Origin: Macrostomum lignano
Taxonomy: Eukaryota
Length of the DNA stretch: 64,000 nt
Reading direction: 5' to 3'
Assembly (NCBI GenBank): GCA_002269645.1
Contig: NIVC01001347.1
Location: forward strand, 143,128 to 207,127
The position numbers and the translations under genes are program-made. The first letter of the stretch is position 1. Each line of letters begins with the position of its first letter. The notes under the pieces were generated by a model. The model ran no database searches and was not told the origin of the DNA. It was given only the letters and a program-made list of their open reading frames with translations. Shown one piece after another: positions 35,140 through 48,744 of this stretch.

Positions 35140-36670
35140 ATCACATGAAATCATATGAGTCACGGGGATCATGGAGGTCACTGGGGATCATGAAAGTCAT
35201 CACCCTGGGATCATTGGAGTCATCACCTGAGATCATTGAAGTCATCACCTGAGATCATTGGAGTCATCACCTGAGATCATGGAAGTCATCACCTGAGATC
35301 ATGTAGGTCATCACCTGAGATCATTGGAGTCATCACCTGAGATCATTGGACTCATCACCTGAGATCATGTGAGTCACCACCTGAGATCATGAAAGTCACC
35401 ACCTGAGATCATTGGAGTCACCACCTGAGATCATTGGAGTCATCACACCTGAGATCATGGGAGTCACCACCTGAGATCATGGGAGTCATCACCTGAGATC
35501 ATGGGAGTCATCACCTGAGATCATGGGAGTCACCATGATCACCACCTGAGATCATGAGAGTCATCACCTGAGATCATGGGAGTCACCATGATCACCACCT
35601 GAGATCATGGGAGTCATCACCTGAGATCATGGGAGTCACCACCTGAGATCATGGGAGTCACCACCTGAGATCATTGGAGTCATCACACCTGAGATCATGG
35701 GAGTCACCACCTGAGATCATGAAAGTCATCACCTGAGATCATCAAAGTCACCACCTGAGATCATGAAAGTCATCACCTGAGATCATTGGAGTCATCACCT
35801 GAGATCATAGGAGTCACCACCTGAGATCATAAAAGTCACCACCTGAGATCATTGGAGTCACCACCTGAGATCATTGGAGTCATCACCTGAGTTCATGAGA
35901 GTCAACTGGGATCATGGGAGTCAACTGGGATCATGGGAGTCAACTGGGATCATGGGAGTCATTGAGGATCATGGGAGTCATTGAGGATCATGGGAGTCAT
36001 TGAGGATCATGGGAGTCATTGAGGATCATGGGAGTCATTGAGGATCATGGGAGTCATTGAGGATCATGGGAGTCATTGAGGATCATGGGAGTCATTGAGG
36101 ATCATGGGAGTCATTGAGGATCATTTGAGTCATTGAGGATCATGGGAGTCATTGAGGATCATGGGAGTCATTGATGATCATGGGAGTCATTGAGGATCAA
36201 GGGAGTCATTGAGGATCATTTGAGTCATTGAGGATCATGGGAGTCATTGAGGATCATTTGAGTCATTGAGGATCATGGGAGTCATTGAGGATCATGGGAG
36301 TCATTGAGGATCATGGGAGTCATTCAGGATCATGGGAGTCATTGAGGATCATGGGAGTCATTGAGGATCATGGGAGTCATTGAGGATCATGGGAGTCATT
36401 GAGGATCATGGGAGTCATTGAGGATCATGGGAGTCAACTGGGATCATGGGAGTCATTGAGGATCATGGGAATCATCATCTGAGTTCATGAGAGTCAACTG
36501 GGATCATGGGAGTCAACTGGGATCATGGGAGTCATTGAGGATCATGGGAATCATCATCTGAGTTCATGAGAGTCAACTGGGATCATGGGAGTCAACTGGG
36601 ATCATGGGAGTCATTGAGGATCATCGGAGTCATCACCTGAGTTCATGAGAGTCAACTGGGATCATGGGAG
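35140..36670. repeat. Compound minisatellite: ~22-bp (GAGTCATCACCTGAGATCATGG) then 19-bp (GAGTCATTGAGGATCATGG)
   Basis: Tandem copies share the GATCATGGGAGTCA core. Confidence 0.95.
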
Positions 36671-37459
36671 TCGTTGGGGATTTTTCAAATCGGACCTATG
36701 GGTGCTTAATAAGCGGGAATTGTATGATGTAATCTATGAATATATTACGCCCCTCAAATGCTATTTTCATTGTAAAGATGCATCTACATGGAGCTATTTA
36801 ATCTCATCCCAGCTTATACCGCTCCCGCCATTAAGCATAGAAGTTAGTCTTGTTCGACTGCAGTCTTTTAATTATGCCTCTAAGTCATAAAGAATGCATT
36901 TATTGCTCTCTGAGAGATACCTAGACTTCAAAATGAGCAATATAAATATGAGAGAAGCATCAGCAAGTTTATTGAGAGCTTATAGCTTTACGACAGCAGA
37001 CCAATAGACTGGAACAATTAGAAAGAACCGCAATTGGCCTCAAAGGGGAATTATGGAGCACAGCTGAACAAAGATTCCCCAATTTCTCTGCAGACTCAGT
37101 GCCCCCCCCCCCTAACACTCACGGACGCAAACAAGTTCCTTAAGCCCTGGCAAACAAAAATTTGAACTGAACTCGAACTGCCGAGCAATAAAAACTCAGA
37201 ATAATCATCACCATCAGGCAACCCCCCCCCTGTTCACTTTCTCAGACACTTCAGCCTCAGAGTTGCCAAATATTTGCTGTGACTGTTGTCTGTTCCCTGT
37301 TCTCACGAACCCGTGACAGCCTCTCGCACTCTGGCTTCATCACCATTGCAGGGCCATACAGTGTCCCTATTTTTGTCTTATGGGGAATATTTCTAATATC
37401 TTCATCAACACATTTTTCATTCAATTCGAGTCCCCAATTGGAATCTCATGAAGTATAAC

Positions 37460-38140
37460 TCATCGAGAATCTCTCCGTACTGAATCTTCCCAATCGAGAA
37501 TCTCATCCTTACTGAATCATCCCAATCGAGAATCTCACCATACTGAATCTTCCCAATCGAGAATCTCACGCTTACTGAATCTTCGCAATCGAGAATCTCA
37601 CCCTTACTGAACCTTCCCAATCGAGAATCTCACCATACTGAATCTTCCCAATCGAGAATCTCACGCTTACTGAATCTTCGCAATCGAGAATCTCACCCTT
37701 ACTGAATCTTCCCAATCGAGAATTTCACCTTTACTGAATCTTCCCAATCGAGAATCTCACCCTACGGAATCTTCCAAATCGAGAATCTCACCCTATTGAA
37801 TCTTCCCAATAGAGAACCTCATCCTACTGAGTCTTCCCAGTCGAGAATCTCACCCCTACTGAATCTTCGCAATCGAGAATCTCACCCTTACTGAACCTTC
37901 CCAATCGAGAATCTCACCCTACTGAATCTTCCCAATAGAGAACCTCATCCTACTGAATCTTCCCAGTTGAGAATCTGACCATACTGAATGTTCCCAATCG
38001 AGAATCTCATCCTACTGAATCTTCCCAGTCGAGAATCTGACCATACTGAATGTTCCCAATCGAGAATCTGACCATACTGAATGTTCCCAATCGAGAATCT
38101 GACCATACTGAATGTTCCCAATCGAGAATCTCACCCCAGT
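37460..38140. repeat. 32-bp minisatellite (AATCGAGAATCTCACCCTTACTGAATCTTCCC)
   Basis: About 20 copies; the region is bracketed by an imperfect inverted pair GGGGAATATTT (37382) / AAATATCCCC (38150). Confidence 0.93.
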
Positions 38141-39214
38141 AAATATCCCCTTTAAAAACCCTATCTCGGGTTACCAATCGAACTGAGTTCCAACTTGCCA
38201 TCCGTCCGTCCGCAGCTTCCGCAGGCTCTTCATCTCAGACAGCGATCAGCTTCTCAAAACTGTCTATTACAGATAGAAATCTGGAGAGCGCAGCAGGAAG
38301 TGCATTGGAGCAGCGGGGAAAAATCTGCATATTTGATGGCAGATTAGAAAGATTAAACTTGCTGTCAACGCTCTCCGCGGGGTGCAGGGAGCTAAAAATG
38401 GGAAAAGTGGTCCAAAAAAATCCCAGACAGGCGCAGAATGAGTAGCTCACTAGAGTTGCCCAGCAAGCAGGCTTAGAATGTTGCTGCTCAGTTTTTCCTC
38501 TTATCAGGACAACGGGGGGTCCACCCCCCTAGGGAGGGTCCGATGCCCCCCTCCGCCCAGTGGGAGCTTTTATTATCTTCCCGCCGGCCCTGAAATCCTC
38601 AAGGGGGGGGGTAAAAAATCCCATCGATAAATGAATGGGATTCAGCCTTCGACACGCAACATTGAGGCTTTTTTCAAAACCAACCTCGAAGCTTTTTCAT
38701 GCCGAGCAAAAGTTCTGAATGCTGAGTAGCCTAATAATAATGATAATCATTCGACCCTTGACTGAGAAGTGCCGCCCCAGTTTTAGCTGACAGAAAAAAG
38801 ACGTGGAGTTCTTGAACGCCACTCGAGACAGACAGACAGACAGGCAGGGGGCCCGTGGGTGTGGCTGTAATTGGCTAAATGGGAGAAAAAAATCGCATTT
38901 TTTTGCTTATAATATAATTTGACAACAGACAAAACTATCACTTCCGTTATCTGTGAGACTGTGTTTTTCCAGGGAATATGAGTGTATACATTATGAATTT
39001 GTATGCATGAATATAGAAGGAAAATGAAAGTAGCCATGATGCGATACCCCCACGGACACGTGCTGTGCCACGTGCGCTCAGGTGTCACCCCGTCCGGTTA
39101 GGCCAAGAAGTTTTGATTTTGAGTTTTAATTGCTCGTCATTAGCAGCTGATGCTGTATCAAACTGAGTAGCTCTGGTTAAAGCACAGCTTGGGGTAGCGC
39201 CATACATACTGAAA

Positions 39215-39395
39215 GATAGAACGGGGGTAGCGCCCTTCGTACTGAAAGATAGAACAGGATAGCGCCCTTCATTCTGAAGGGTAGAACGGGATAGCGCCCT
39301 TCGTACTGAAGGATAGAACGGGATAGCGCCCTTCGTACTGAAGGATAGAACGGGATAGCGCCCTTCGTACTGAAGGATAGAACGGGATAGCGCCA
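39215..39395. repeat. 32-bp minisatellite (GATAGAACGGGATAGCGCCCTTCGTACTGAAG)
   Basis: About 5-6 tandem copies. Confidence 0.92.
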
Positions 39396-39879
39396 CCAAC
39401 TCAAAGCATGTACTTCTTTAGGATGCTCCTATGATGAGCTCCCAGGATGTGGCTCGACATAGACCGCTATCAATCCCCTAAGATAGTTGAGTTCGTAAAC
39501 TCATAATTTGTATTTTAGGTGATAAATTGCACCGACAGAAGGGGGCGGGGACCGGTGACACCTGATCAGTCAGTTATGGGGTGGGGAGGGGCAGAGACAG
39601 ACGGACAGACAAGACAGACAGTGAATTGCTCCGGGACAAGATGAGCGATTTGAAACTGTTTTGAAGCCTGAGTGAGCTTTCGCGCGTGTGCATGGAAAAT
39701 CCCTTTTGTGCCTGTGCAACTTGGACCATAGACTGACTATGCGCCCTCCGGGGTTTGGCCTAGAGAGCAGGTTGATTGCGCAACTACGCTTAAAAACGCG
39801 CCATCATCAATAGCTATCAACGTTACGGGAAAGTTTAGTCTATAATGTGCTACATTTTATGTCTACAACGCCCTATTTG

Positions 39880-40190
39880 ATGTCTATAAGGAATCATATT
39901 TGATTTCTAGAAGACGCCATATTTGATGTCTATAAGGCGCCATAACTGATGTCTATAAGGCGCCATAACTGATGTCTATAAGGCGCCATAATTGATGTCT
40001 ATAAGGCGCCATATTTGATGTCTATAAGGCGCCATAATTGATGTCTATAAGGCGCCATAATTGATGTCTATAAGGCGCCATAACTGATGTTTATAAGGGG
40101 CCATAATTGATGTCTATAAGGCGCCTTAACCGATGTCTATAAGGCGCTATAATTGATCTCTATAAGGCGCCATAACCTATGTCTATAAGA
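39880..40190. repeat. 23-bp minisatellite (TGATGTCTATAAGGCGCCATAAY)
   Basis: About 13 tandem copies. Confidence 0.93.
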
Positions 40191-40713
40191 CACTTTAGCT
40201 GAAAATTATCAGATAAATGTCAATTTAAAAAAAACTTAAGCTGTTGATTTGCTGAACTCATGCTCAAAGCTTTCATAATCACGCCCAGGCCACGTGTCCC
40301 TGCTAGCGCCATCTTCGATAACACGTGCGCACCGTTCTAAACATCCTTCCCTACGATCCCTACGAGTTTTTTCCCTACGAGCAAATAAAGTTAAATTCAA
40401 CAGGGCTTAACTTTGTACTGACTTGAAATTTAATTTGAAGTAGAATTAAGCTACGGGGATGCATATATATTTAGTTATGTTATTATTTACACAATAATTG
40501 CTCAACAAAGCAAAAAACATATAAGATTCGAATGAAATTGAAATCGAAACTGACTGTCGAATTGAATAAAAATTAAAAAAACAGAAATAAAACATTGGAT
40601 ACAAAGAGCAAACAAGAAAACTGACAAAAGTTCAAATGAAAGTGCCGCAACAAAAATCAAGACAATATAAAATACAAAGGCCTATATCTAAACAAAAATG
40701 TCTACACAAAATT

Positions 40714-41750
40714 AATCTAAAAAATAAAGAAAAGTTCCTATCTAGAAAACTCCTAACAGAAAATCTGAGCGAGCAGCAAAAGCTGAGTTGAAAAAAGCAG
40801 GCTGAGAAAGAAGATCTGAAAAGCGACAAAATCCAAGCGCTGCTGAGTTGCCCCGCTGATGCGGAAGATGCTGAAAGAGAAGCGGCTTGGATGTTCTCGC
40901 TTGACAGAGGCGGCACGGAAAAAAAAACTTGGAGCGAAAAACGCAGGTAAAAATGCTACGAAAGCGAAAGCAGAAAACAGCAAAAAAGCATTGGAGCACC
41001 GAAAAGCAGAGTTTCGCAAAAAAGCGCAGAGCACTCAATTAAAAGCTGAAGGTGTTTTGGCCCTCCGGCCGCGTCGCCACCGAGTCGGCCTCCTGCCGCG
41101 GCTGCTCCGCCATCCAGGAGTCGCCGGGGCCGCCGCAGGCGCCGCAGCCGTCGCAGCCGCAGCCTCCGCAGTCGTCCTGGTCCAGCAGCTCCTGCAGGCT
41201 GCGGATGTAGGCGATGGCGGCCCGCAGGGTGGCGATCTTGCTCAGCCTCTGTCCGTCATCGCTCGGCACCAGCTGGCGAAGCCGCTCGAAGCCGAGGTTG
41301 AGCAGCTTGACGCGGTTCCGCTCGCGCTGGTTGCGACGCTGCATCGACGAGGCGGCCGGACGGGCGGCGGCGGCGACGTTGGCGGCGGCGTTGGCGGCGG
41401 CGTTTGAAGCGGCAGCGGCCGCGGCTTTGGCCGCCTCGGAGCCCGGCGGCTTCTGCGGCGGCCGAGGCGGCAGGTTGGAGCACCGCTCGCCCAGCGGCTG
41501 CCGAGTCGGCCCGGAGGCGTCGCCTGCTGCCCGGAGCTGCTGCAGTCGCAGGAAGGAGGGCACCGGCAAGTGCTGCCTGTCAGCTGTTGATGACATGGTC
41601 GCGTGTTTGGCCTGCGTTCTGACTGCCTGCTGAGTGCTAAACAGAGTGCGCCCGACACGAGGCCCGCCACGTGGCGCCTCCTTTTCTAGCCGTGGCCGCC
41701 GCCCCTCTCGCGTGGCCCCTGGGCTGCCCCAGGCCGTCTCCTATTGGCTG
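40714..41750 (-). repeat. Right arm of the ~1.04-kb inverted duplication
   Basis: Reverse complement of 29241-30278 with scattered substitutions and small indels, mostly 3' of the CDS. Confidence 0.95.
41039..41596 (-). CDS. ASCL: Achaete-scute family bHLH transcription factor, copy 2 (185 aa)
   Basis: Protein identical to copy 1 except NAAAAA to NVAAAA; one synonymous TCC/TCG change also seen. Confidence 0.95.
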   Translation of the reverse strand: MSSTADRQHLPVPSFLRLQQLRAAGDASGPTRQPLGERCSNLPPRPPQKPPGSEAAKAAAAAASNAAANAAANVAAAARPAASSMQRRNQRERNRVKLLNLGFERLRQLVPSDDGQRLSKIATLRAAIAYIRSLQELLDQDDCGGCGCDGCGACGGPGDSWMAEQPRQEADSVATRPEGQNTFSF

Positions 41751-42409
41751 CCGGCTTCAGCCAATCAGGAAAGCTTTGAGTTTTGCTTCACGCGTAGAGG
41801 CAGGAAGGCTGCTAGACTGTGTGTCCTTGCTGAATTCTTTTCAGTAAATCTCGATTCTTTTCTGCGACAGATGGCGCCCAAACATCTTCCTCTGTTCTAC
41901 TCGATCGCTGAGACTGAATCTCTTCCGTTAACTGTTCCTTGTTGCCGTGGATTCCCGGGCCATAGCGTGCCGCTTCCCGCTGATTTCCGCTTCTAAATGC
42001 TTTTTCTCTGCTTGTTGTTGGGCGAGAAAATTGAGCTATAATTTGTATTCGTACTGTTTCAATAGCAACCTGGTCTAGTCCTTTCTGTCACCTGGGCGCC
42101 ATCGCTCAATTATGGGGGGGGGGGCAATTAATCTGATTAACAACCCAGAAGCAATATGTCTCACAATTTTCATAAATCTGTTTTGGTCCCTCAAGCTGCT
42201 TTGCCTGCAATGTAGGGGGCAGGTGCCACCCAATAAACAGAGTTATTGCGAGTTCGGAGCTATATTGAAACAATTTCCTGAGCTTGTAAAATATTCTGCT
42301 TTCAATGCTTCATGACTTTTGTTTGTGAACAAATACTTCAGTGTAAACTGGAGCTTCAGAAACTTTTAAATCTTGCGATTGCCTGATTTTAAACTAATCT
42401 GATGGAGAT

Positions 42410-42810
42410 CTACTGACTGTAAGAGTCAGGAGTGTGTGTCAGCTCATTCTACTGACTGTAAGAGTCAGGAGAGTGTGTCAGTTCTGTATGAGATTCTACT
42501 GACTGTAAGAGTCAGGAGAGTGTGTCAGCTGTCTATGAGATTCTACTGATTGTGAGAGTCAGGAGAGTGTGTCAGCTCTCTATGAGATTCTACTGACTGA
42601 GTGTCAGGAGAGTGTGTCAGCTCTCTATGAGATTCTACTGACTGAGTGTCAGGAATGTGTGTCAGCTCTCTATGAGATTCTACTGACTGAGTGTCAGGAA
42701 TGTGTGTCAGCTCTCTATGAGATTCTGCTGACTGTGAGAGTCAGGAATGTGTGTCAGCTCTCTATGAGATTCTACTGTCTGTGAGTGTCAGGTCTCTATG
42801 AGATTCTACT
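42410..42810. repeat. 45-bp minisatellite (GTCAGGAGAGTGTGTCAGCTCTCTATGAGATTCTACTGACTGAGT)
   Basis: About 8 copies; gives the 15-aa periodic ORF. Confidence 0.93.
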
Positions 42811-43274
42811 CAAATTTCTATTTAATAGTTAAAAGTATTGACTACGGAGCTGTGCAGATTGAACTCACAACAGACAGCAAAATTTCAATTAAACTGCGAG
42901 AGCTCATCGATCACACTGGAGTCTTCAGCCCTTCACATTGCGCAAGTTCAGCACAAGAGAAACAGCTGAGACCCCACGGCAGTCTTCTGTAACCCAAACC
43001 CATCATCGCGAATTTGTCCAGCCTGCGCGATCTGTGCCTGTGCAACAAGTTTTTGGTTTTCAACATCGCCATGGACCACACCGGGTCTGCTCTGGACTGC
43101 GAATCCCAAATTCGATAATACGAGCGTACTAACTTATTAGCATCATGCCCGATTCTGTAAAAGAAAAATGACCGTAAAAATGTAACCTTTGATATTGGCG
43201 TACAAACAGGATTTCAAACAGTAAAAATATGTGCGTGGACCTGCCAATGATTTGTTCCTAAGTGCCTGCGGCGT

Positions 43275-44720
43275 CAAAATGAGTCACTGCAGGGCCATAA
43301 TGATGAGTCACTGCAGGGCCAACATGAGTCACTGCAGGGCCATAATAAGTCACTGCAGGGCCATAATGAGTCACTGCAGGGCCAAAATGAGTCACTGCAG
43401 GGCCATAATGAGTCACTGCAGGGCCAAAATGAGTTACTGCAGGGCCAACATGAGTTACTGCAGGGCCAAAATGAGTCACTGCAGGGCCAAAATTAGTCAC
43501 TGCAGGGCCATAATGAGTCACTGCAGGGCCAAAATGAGTCACTGCAGGGCCAACATGAGTCACTGCAGGGCCATAATAAGTCACTGCAGGGCCATAATGA
43601 GTCACTGCAGGGCCAAAATGAGTTACTGCAGGGCCAACATGAGTTACTGCAGGGCCAAAATTAGTTACTGCAGGGCCATAATGAGTCACTGCAGGGCCAT
43701 AATAAGTCACTGCAGGGCCATAATGAGTAACTACAGGGCCAAAATGAGTCACTGCAAGGCCAAAATGAGTCACTGCAAGGCCAAAATGAGTCACTGCAAG
43801 GCCATAATAAGTCACTGCAGGGCCATAATAAGTCACTGCAGGGCCAAAATGAGTCACTGCAGGGCCAAAATGAGTGACTGCGGCGCCAAAATGAGTCACT
43901 GCGGCGCCAAAATGAGTCACTGCGGCGTCAAAATGAGTGACTGCGGCGTCAGAATGAGTGCCTGCGGCGCTAAAATGAGTGACTGCGGCACCAAAATGAG
44001 TGACTGCGGCGTAAAATGAGTGACTGCGGCACCAAAATGAGTGACTGCGGCGTAAAATGAGTGACTGCGGCACCAAAATGAGTGACTGCGGCGTAAAATG
44101 AGTGACTGCGGCGTCAAAATGAGTGACTGCGGCGTAAAATGAGTGACTGCGGCGCCAAAATGAGTGACTGCGGCGTAAAATGAGTGGCTGTGGCACCAAA
44201 ATGAGTGTCTGGGGCGTCAAAATGAGTGACTGCAGGGCCAAAATGAGTGACTGCGGGGCCAAAATGAGTGCCTGCGGGGCTAAAATGAGTGACTGCGGCG
44301 TCAAAATGAGTGACTGCGGCGTCAAAATGAGTGACTGCGGCGTCAAAATGAGTGACTGCGGCGCCAAAATGAGTGACTGTGGCGCCAAAATGAGTGCCTG
44401 CGGCGCTAAAATGAGTGACTGCGGCACCAAAATGAGTGACTGCGGCGTCAAAATGAGTGACTGCGGCACCAAAATGAGTGACTGCGGCACCAAAATGAGT
44501 GACTGCGGCGTCAAAATGAGTGACTGCGGCACCAAAATGAGTGACTGCGGCACCAAAATGAGTGACTGCGGCGCCAAAATGAGTGACTGCGGCGTCAAAA
44601 TGAGTGACTGCGGCACCAAAATGAGTGACTGCGGCACCAAAATGAGTGACTGTGGCGCCAAAATGAGTGACTGCGACCCCAAAATGAGTGACTGCGGCGC
44701 CTAAAGAGTGCCTGCGGCGC
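43275..44720. repeat. ~21-bp minisatellite with a sequence gradient (AAATGAGTCACTGCAGGGCCA to AAATGAGTGACTGCGGCGTCA)
   Basis: About 68 copies; the 21-bp period produces long 7-aa periodic ORFs on both strands. Confidence 0.96.
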
Positions 44721-45667
44721 GAAAATCAGTATTAGCAACCCCAATTTCCAAAATACTGCGGGAATGTCATCATAGGAATTTTACGAATTCCTAATCTCTT
44801 TTTAGCAGTTCGTTTTGTTTTGTAACCTCCCACCAAAATATCCATGGCTACACCGTAGCCGACAAAAGTTATTTGTTCTGAACTCTGAACTAATTGTTTT
44901 TCTTTGGCTGGCTTCCAGTCCAGCTGAGCTGTCCCAGGCGTCCATGTCCTAGCCCGTATCAATAGCTATCTCAGCTAGTCCCAGGCCAAATCAATAGCAA
45001 TCAATGATGACGGACGCGAGGTCCCCATCCCATGCAGGGCTAAATTGCAGCCCGCATGTTGGCTTACGGGAGGCCCAGCTTATTGTGCAATAATAACCCA
45101 GAATTCTAATCGCTACTGCCACACAGACAGTCTGACAGCGGATCAGCTGAAGTCAGTTCAGCCAACACAGGTTAACGCATGCATGTAGATTGTATTGTAA
45201 AATTGAAACGCTTAATTTAATTATAGCCATAATTTCCAGACGCTTATCATATCTGAATCGTTGCGCAGTACATGTATTTATTGTCTAAAGCCATAATGCT
45301 TGGACGATATTTCATAAGAAAGTTCCAATTCAATATCCTTGGTTCAGTTTTTGACCCTTTCGATTGTAAGCAAACTTTCGGGCTCAGGGACAGACGTGCC
45401 GTATAATTGATTTTCCCAAGACTTGAGGAGCAATCCCACGTGAGCTCAAGTGAAGTCTCGACAGTCCAATGTTTATTGTCTGTTAGTGTTGACACAGCTG
45501 TGAGCTCTCTGAGTCTGTCTTTGAGATGCTCTCTCAACTGTATTTGAACTGTCTGTGAAGTTTTTCTTTCATATATTCATAGTCCAAGTGGTCACGTGCC
45601 TCCTCACTTGACTGAGGGGAAAGAGAAATCTTGTGCTGAAATTTCAATAAAATTGGCTGATTTAATG

Positions 45668-46222
45668 ACCGAATCTTCACCAACCCGAATCTTCACCAAT
45701 CCGAATCTTCACCAATCTGAATCTTCACCAATCCGAATCTTCACCAATCTGAATCTTCACCAATCCGAATCTTCACCAATACAAATCTTCACCAATACAA
45801 ATCTTCACCAATACAAATCTTCACCAATCTGAATCTTCACCAATCCGAATCTTCACCAATACAAATCTTCACCAACACGAATCTTTACCAACCCGAATCT
45901 TCACCAACTCGAATCTTTACCAATCGGAATCTTCACCAACACGAATCTTTACCAACCCGAATCTTCACCAACTCGAATCTTTACCAACTTTAATCTTCAC
46001 CAAACCGAATCTTCAAACAATCCGAATCTTCACCAACCCGAATCTTCACCAATACAAATCTTCACCGATCCGAATCTTCACCAAACCGAATCTTCACCAA
46101 TCCAAATCTTTACCGATCCGAATCTTCACCAATCCGAATCTTCACCAACCCGAATCTTTACCAACCCGAATATTCACCAATCCGAATCTTCACCAATCCG
46201 AAGCTTCACCAACTCGAATCCG
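45668..46222. repeat. 15-bp minisatellite (CCGAATCTTCACCAA)
   Basis: About 36 copies. Confidence 0.95.
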
Positions 46223-46979
46223 AATTTGAAATTCCAATTTTGAAACCGAAAATTTAACAACCTAGCAAAATGAAGTGTCTCAAGGCCATCTCAGTTTTAT
46301 TATAATTCGACTTCCAAGAAACTGATTGATGGATTTCCCCTGGCGCCCCAGCAACAGTTTCTAAGGAGGCGGATTTTTTGATAGATTAAAAAAGTCACCA
46401 AACCCATCCAGTACGCTGAAGTTACGCTGAGCCAAGATTCCAATAAATTGAGTAGCACTTGAGAACATGTAACCGTTCACTCTCGCTTTTCCCATGCCAC
46501 ACAGAGTTCGCTTTCTCTCTCAATTCCGCTCCCTCGACTTCCTGAGGATGCTGAGCAACTGAGACGCCACTTGAGACCAAGTCTTGAATGTTTGACCTCA
46601 TTCGTCTATTATAGCGACTGCTTCTAATTGTTACTGCCCCCGCAGTCTCTCGGCTTCATCATTCTCCTTCCGGTGCTCCGTGGGAACAGCACCATAAGTG
46701 TGTGTGTACGCCGCGTTTTTATAGAGAAACGTGGCTTGAGTCCGTCGCTTTGACTGCAGTTATAAATTATAAGCTACTCATGCTCAACAGGCTCATTGAC
46801 TGCCCCGTTGTATGAATTTGAGTCACTTATAAGCTTCTCCTGCTCTGCCTCCTTGAGCACGAGTTTTTCGATTCGATTGCGGGGTGAATTCTCAGTGAGT
46901 GAAGGGGGTGAATAAACTAAAAATATATTCAGAGTGATCTCCAATCTTTATCTGCTCTGCCTCTGCATCATTGAATGAC

Positions 46980-47420
46980 TCCCTTCTCTCTCATCTATCC
47001 CTTCTGCATCTCTTCCTCAGCTCTCCTCAGTCTCGCTTCTTTTCTCTTCTCCTCTCTCATCTCTTCTCCTCTCTCATCTCTTCTCCTCTCTCATCTCTTC
47101 TCCTCTCTCATCTCTTCTCCTTTCTCATCTCTTCTCATCTCTCTGCTCTTCTCTCCTCTTCTCCTCTCTCATCTCTTCTCCTCTCTCATCTCTTCTCCTC
47201 TCTCTGCTCTTCTCTCCTCTTCTCCTCTCTCATCCCTTCTCATCTGTCTTCTCTTTTCATCTGTCATATCTTCTCCTTTCCTATTTCTTCTCCTTTTCTC
47301 TTCTCTTCTCTTTCACATCTGCTTCTTTCTTATATCTTCTCCTCTCGCATCTATTCTCCCCTCTCATCTTTTCTCTTCTCTCCCTCATATCTTCTTCTCT
47401 CTCATCTCTCCTCGCCTCGC
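46980..47420. repeat. CT-rich low-complexity tract
   Basis: Repeated CTCTCATCTCTTCTC-like units. Confidence 0.9.
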
Positions 47421-48744
47421 CATTCTACTTTGATATGAAAATTGAAGCAAATATGAAACATATGCGGCTGTAAAAGGAACTGATATAAGACTGCTTAAGA
47501 CGGTCCTGTTGCAATGCTATGATGGCATTCGCCTTGTTGCCAGTGTGGTGTGAGTCAAAATTTTAAGCAGCAGAGCTTCCGGCCGAGTAAAGACAGACAA
47601 AAAGATGAAACGCTCGGATGCGTCCCTGCTAGCTTAATTAATTAATTAATTCTTGTCAGCTTCCTGTCTCATCTTACCGACTCGCCATTTTTTTAGTAAA
47701 AATGGGAAGTCAGAGGCTGAAGGGCGGGAATTTAACGACAGTTGGCTAAAGATGAAGCTAGCTGATAGTCGCCTCCCTCCTCCCAGTTATCTCATCTCGC
47801 TCTGGCTCCAGTTTTGCCTGTACAAGAGCTAAAATGAGGTTTTGAATAGCCTTGGGGCGAGATCCAAGTTGCAGTTCGAGTGGAAGCCAACAGAAGGGAA
47901 AATTCTATTCAAATTTTTTCAAAGTTCTCCCCTTTGGGAGAATTCATTGAAAATAAAGTTTTTTCCCGTAATCACAAGACCCTGCCCCAACATCTGAGCA
48001 CATCTGTTATTGCAGACCCCAAGCTGCACAGATGCGCTGGCAATATTCATAAATTTAATCAATGAAAAAAGGATCGCGAAATTCTATCAAACAGATTGGG
48101 CGAATTTCAAATTCCAATACGCACTCATCCTTCTGCTACGCATAGTCTGGGGACATATTTTCATATGCGATATATTTATTGCCCAAGGGTCAGCACAAGG
48201 GCTCGAAATTGAATTCGTTTGAGTAGGAGCTTACAACACTTCGAGGTGGAATTTTGAGAGAGGAATTTTTAATTAAAAGCAGAGCAGAGAAAGAAGTGAC
48301 CGTTGCTCTCAGAGCACCTCCTGTCAGGGTTTGTGGGGCCAGCACACCGATTGCGTATTCAGGCTATGAAGTTATGAAATATTAAGGTGAAAGTGTATGA
48401 CAGATTTTGACCTCGGCGAGCCTCCCGCCCCCCCCCCGCTGGGAACCTAAAGGAAGTCTTCTATTCTCCCTAAAGTATTTTAGGGCATAAATAAATCGAT
48501 TCCAGTTTAGCTATGCCAGTCATTTTCTCAGCTTGAGTTTTTATAACTTTAGATTGCGGAATCAAAACTGGGTGATGAGACTGAAAATTGAATTATATAT
48601 TTTCTTACAGACATCTATGATACAAACTACTGTTAGTGGCATGGTTGTAAATCTTGAGATTTAGAAATGAAAATAAACTTTCTGCGAACAGCACTTGGCA
48701 CAGAAAAGCCTGTTAAAAGTGACAGTTACCCTCACTCACCAGTA

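Noticed and set aside
38223-38450. ~76 open codons on the plus strand after a CAG in the spacer between the bHLH copies
   Set aside because: No recognisable motif and no linked exons; compatible with chance.
43231-44704. 262-474 aa periodic ORFs (MSHCRAK / GPAVTHF repeats) as a structural or antifreeze-like protein
   Set aside because: They arise from a 21-bp unit on both strands; the frame breaks where 20-bp units appear, and there are no splice signals or unique domains.
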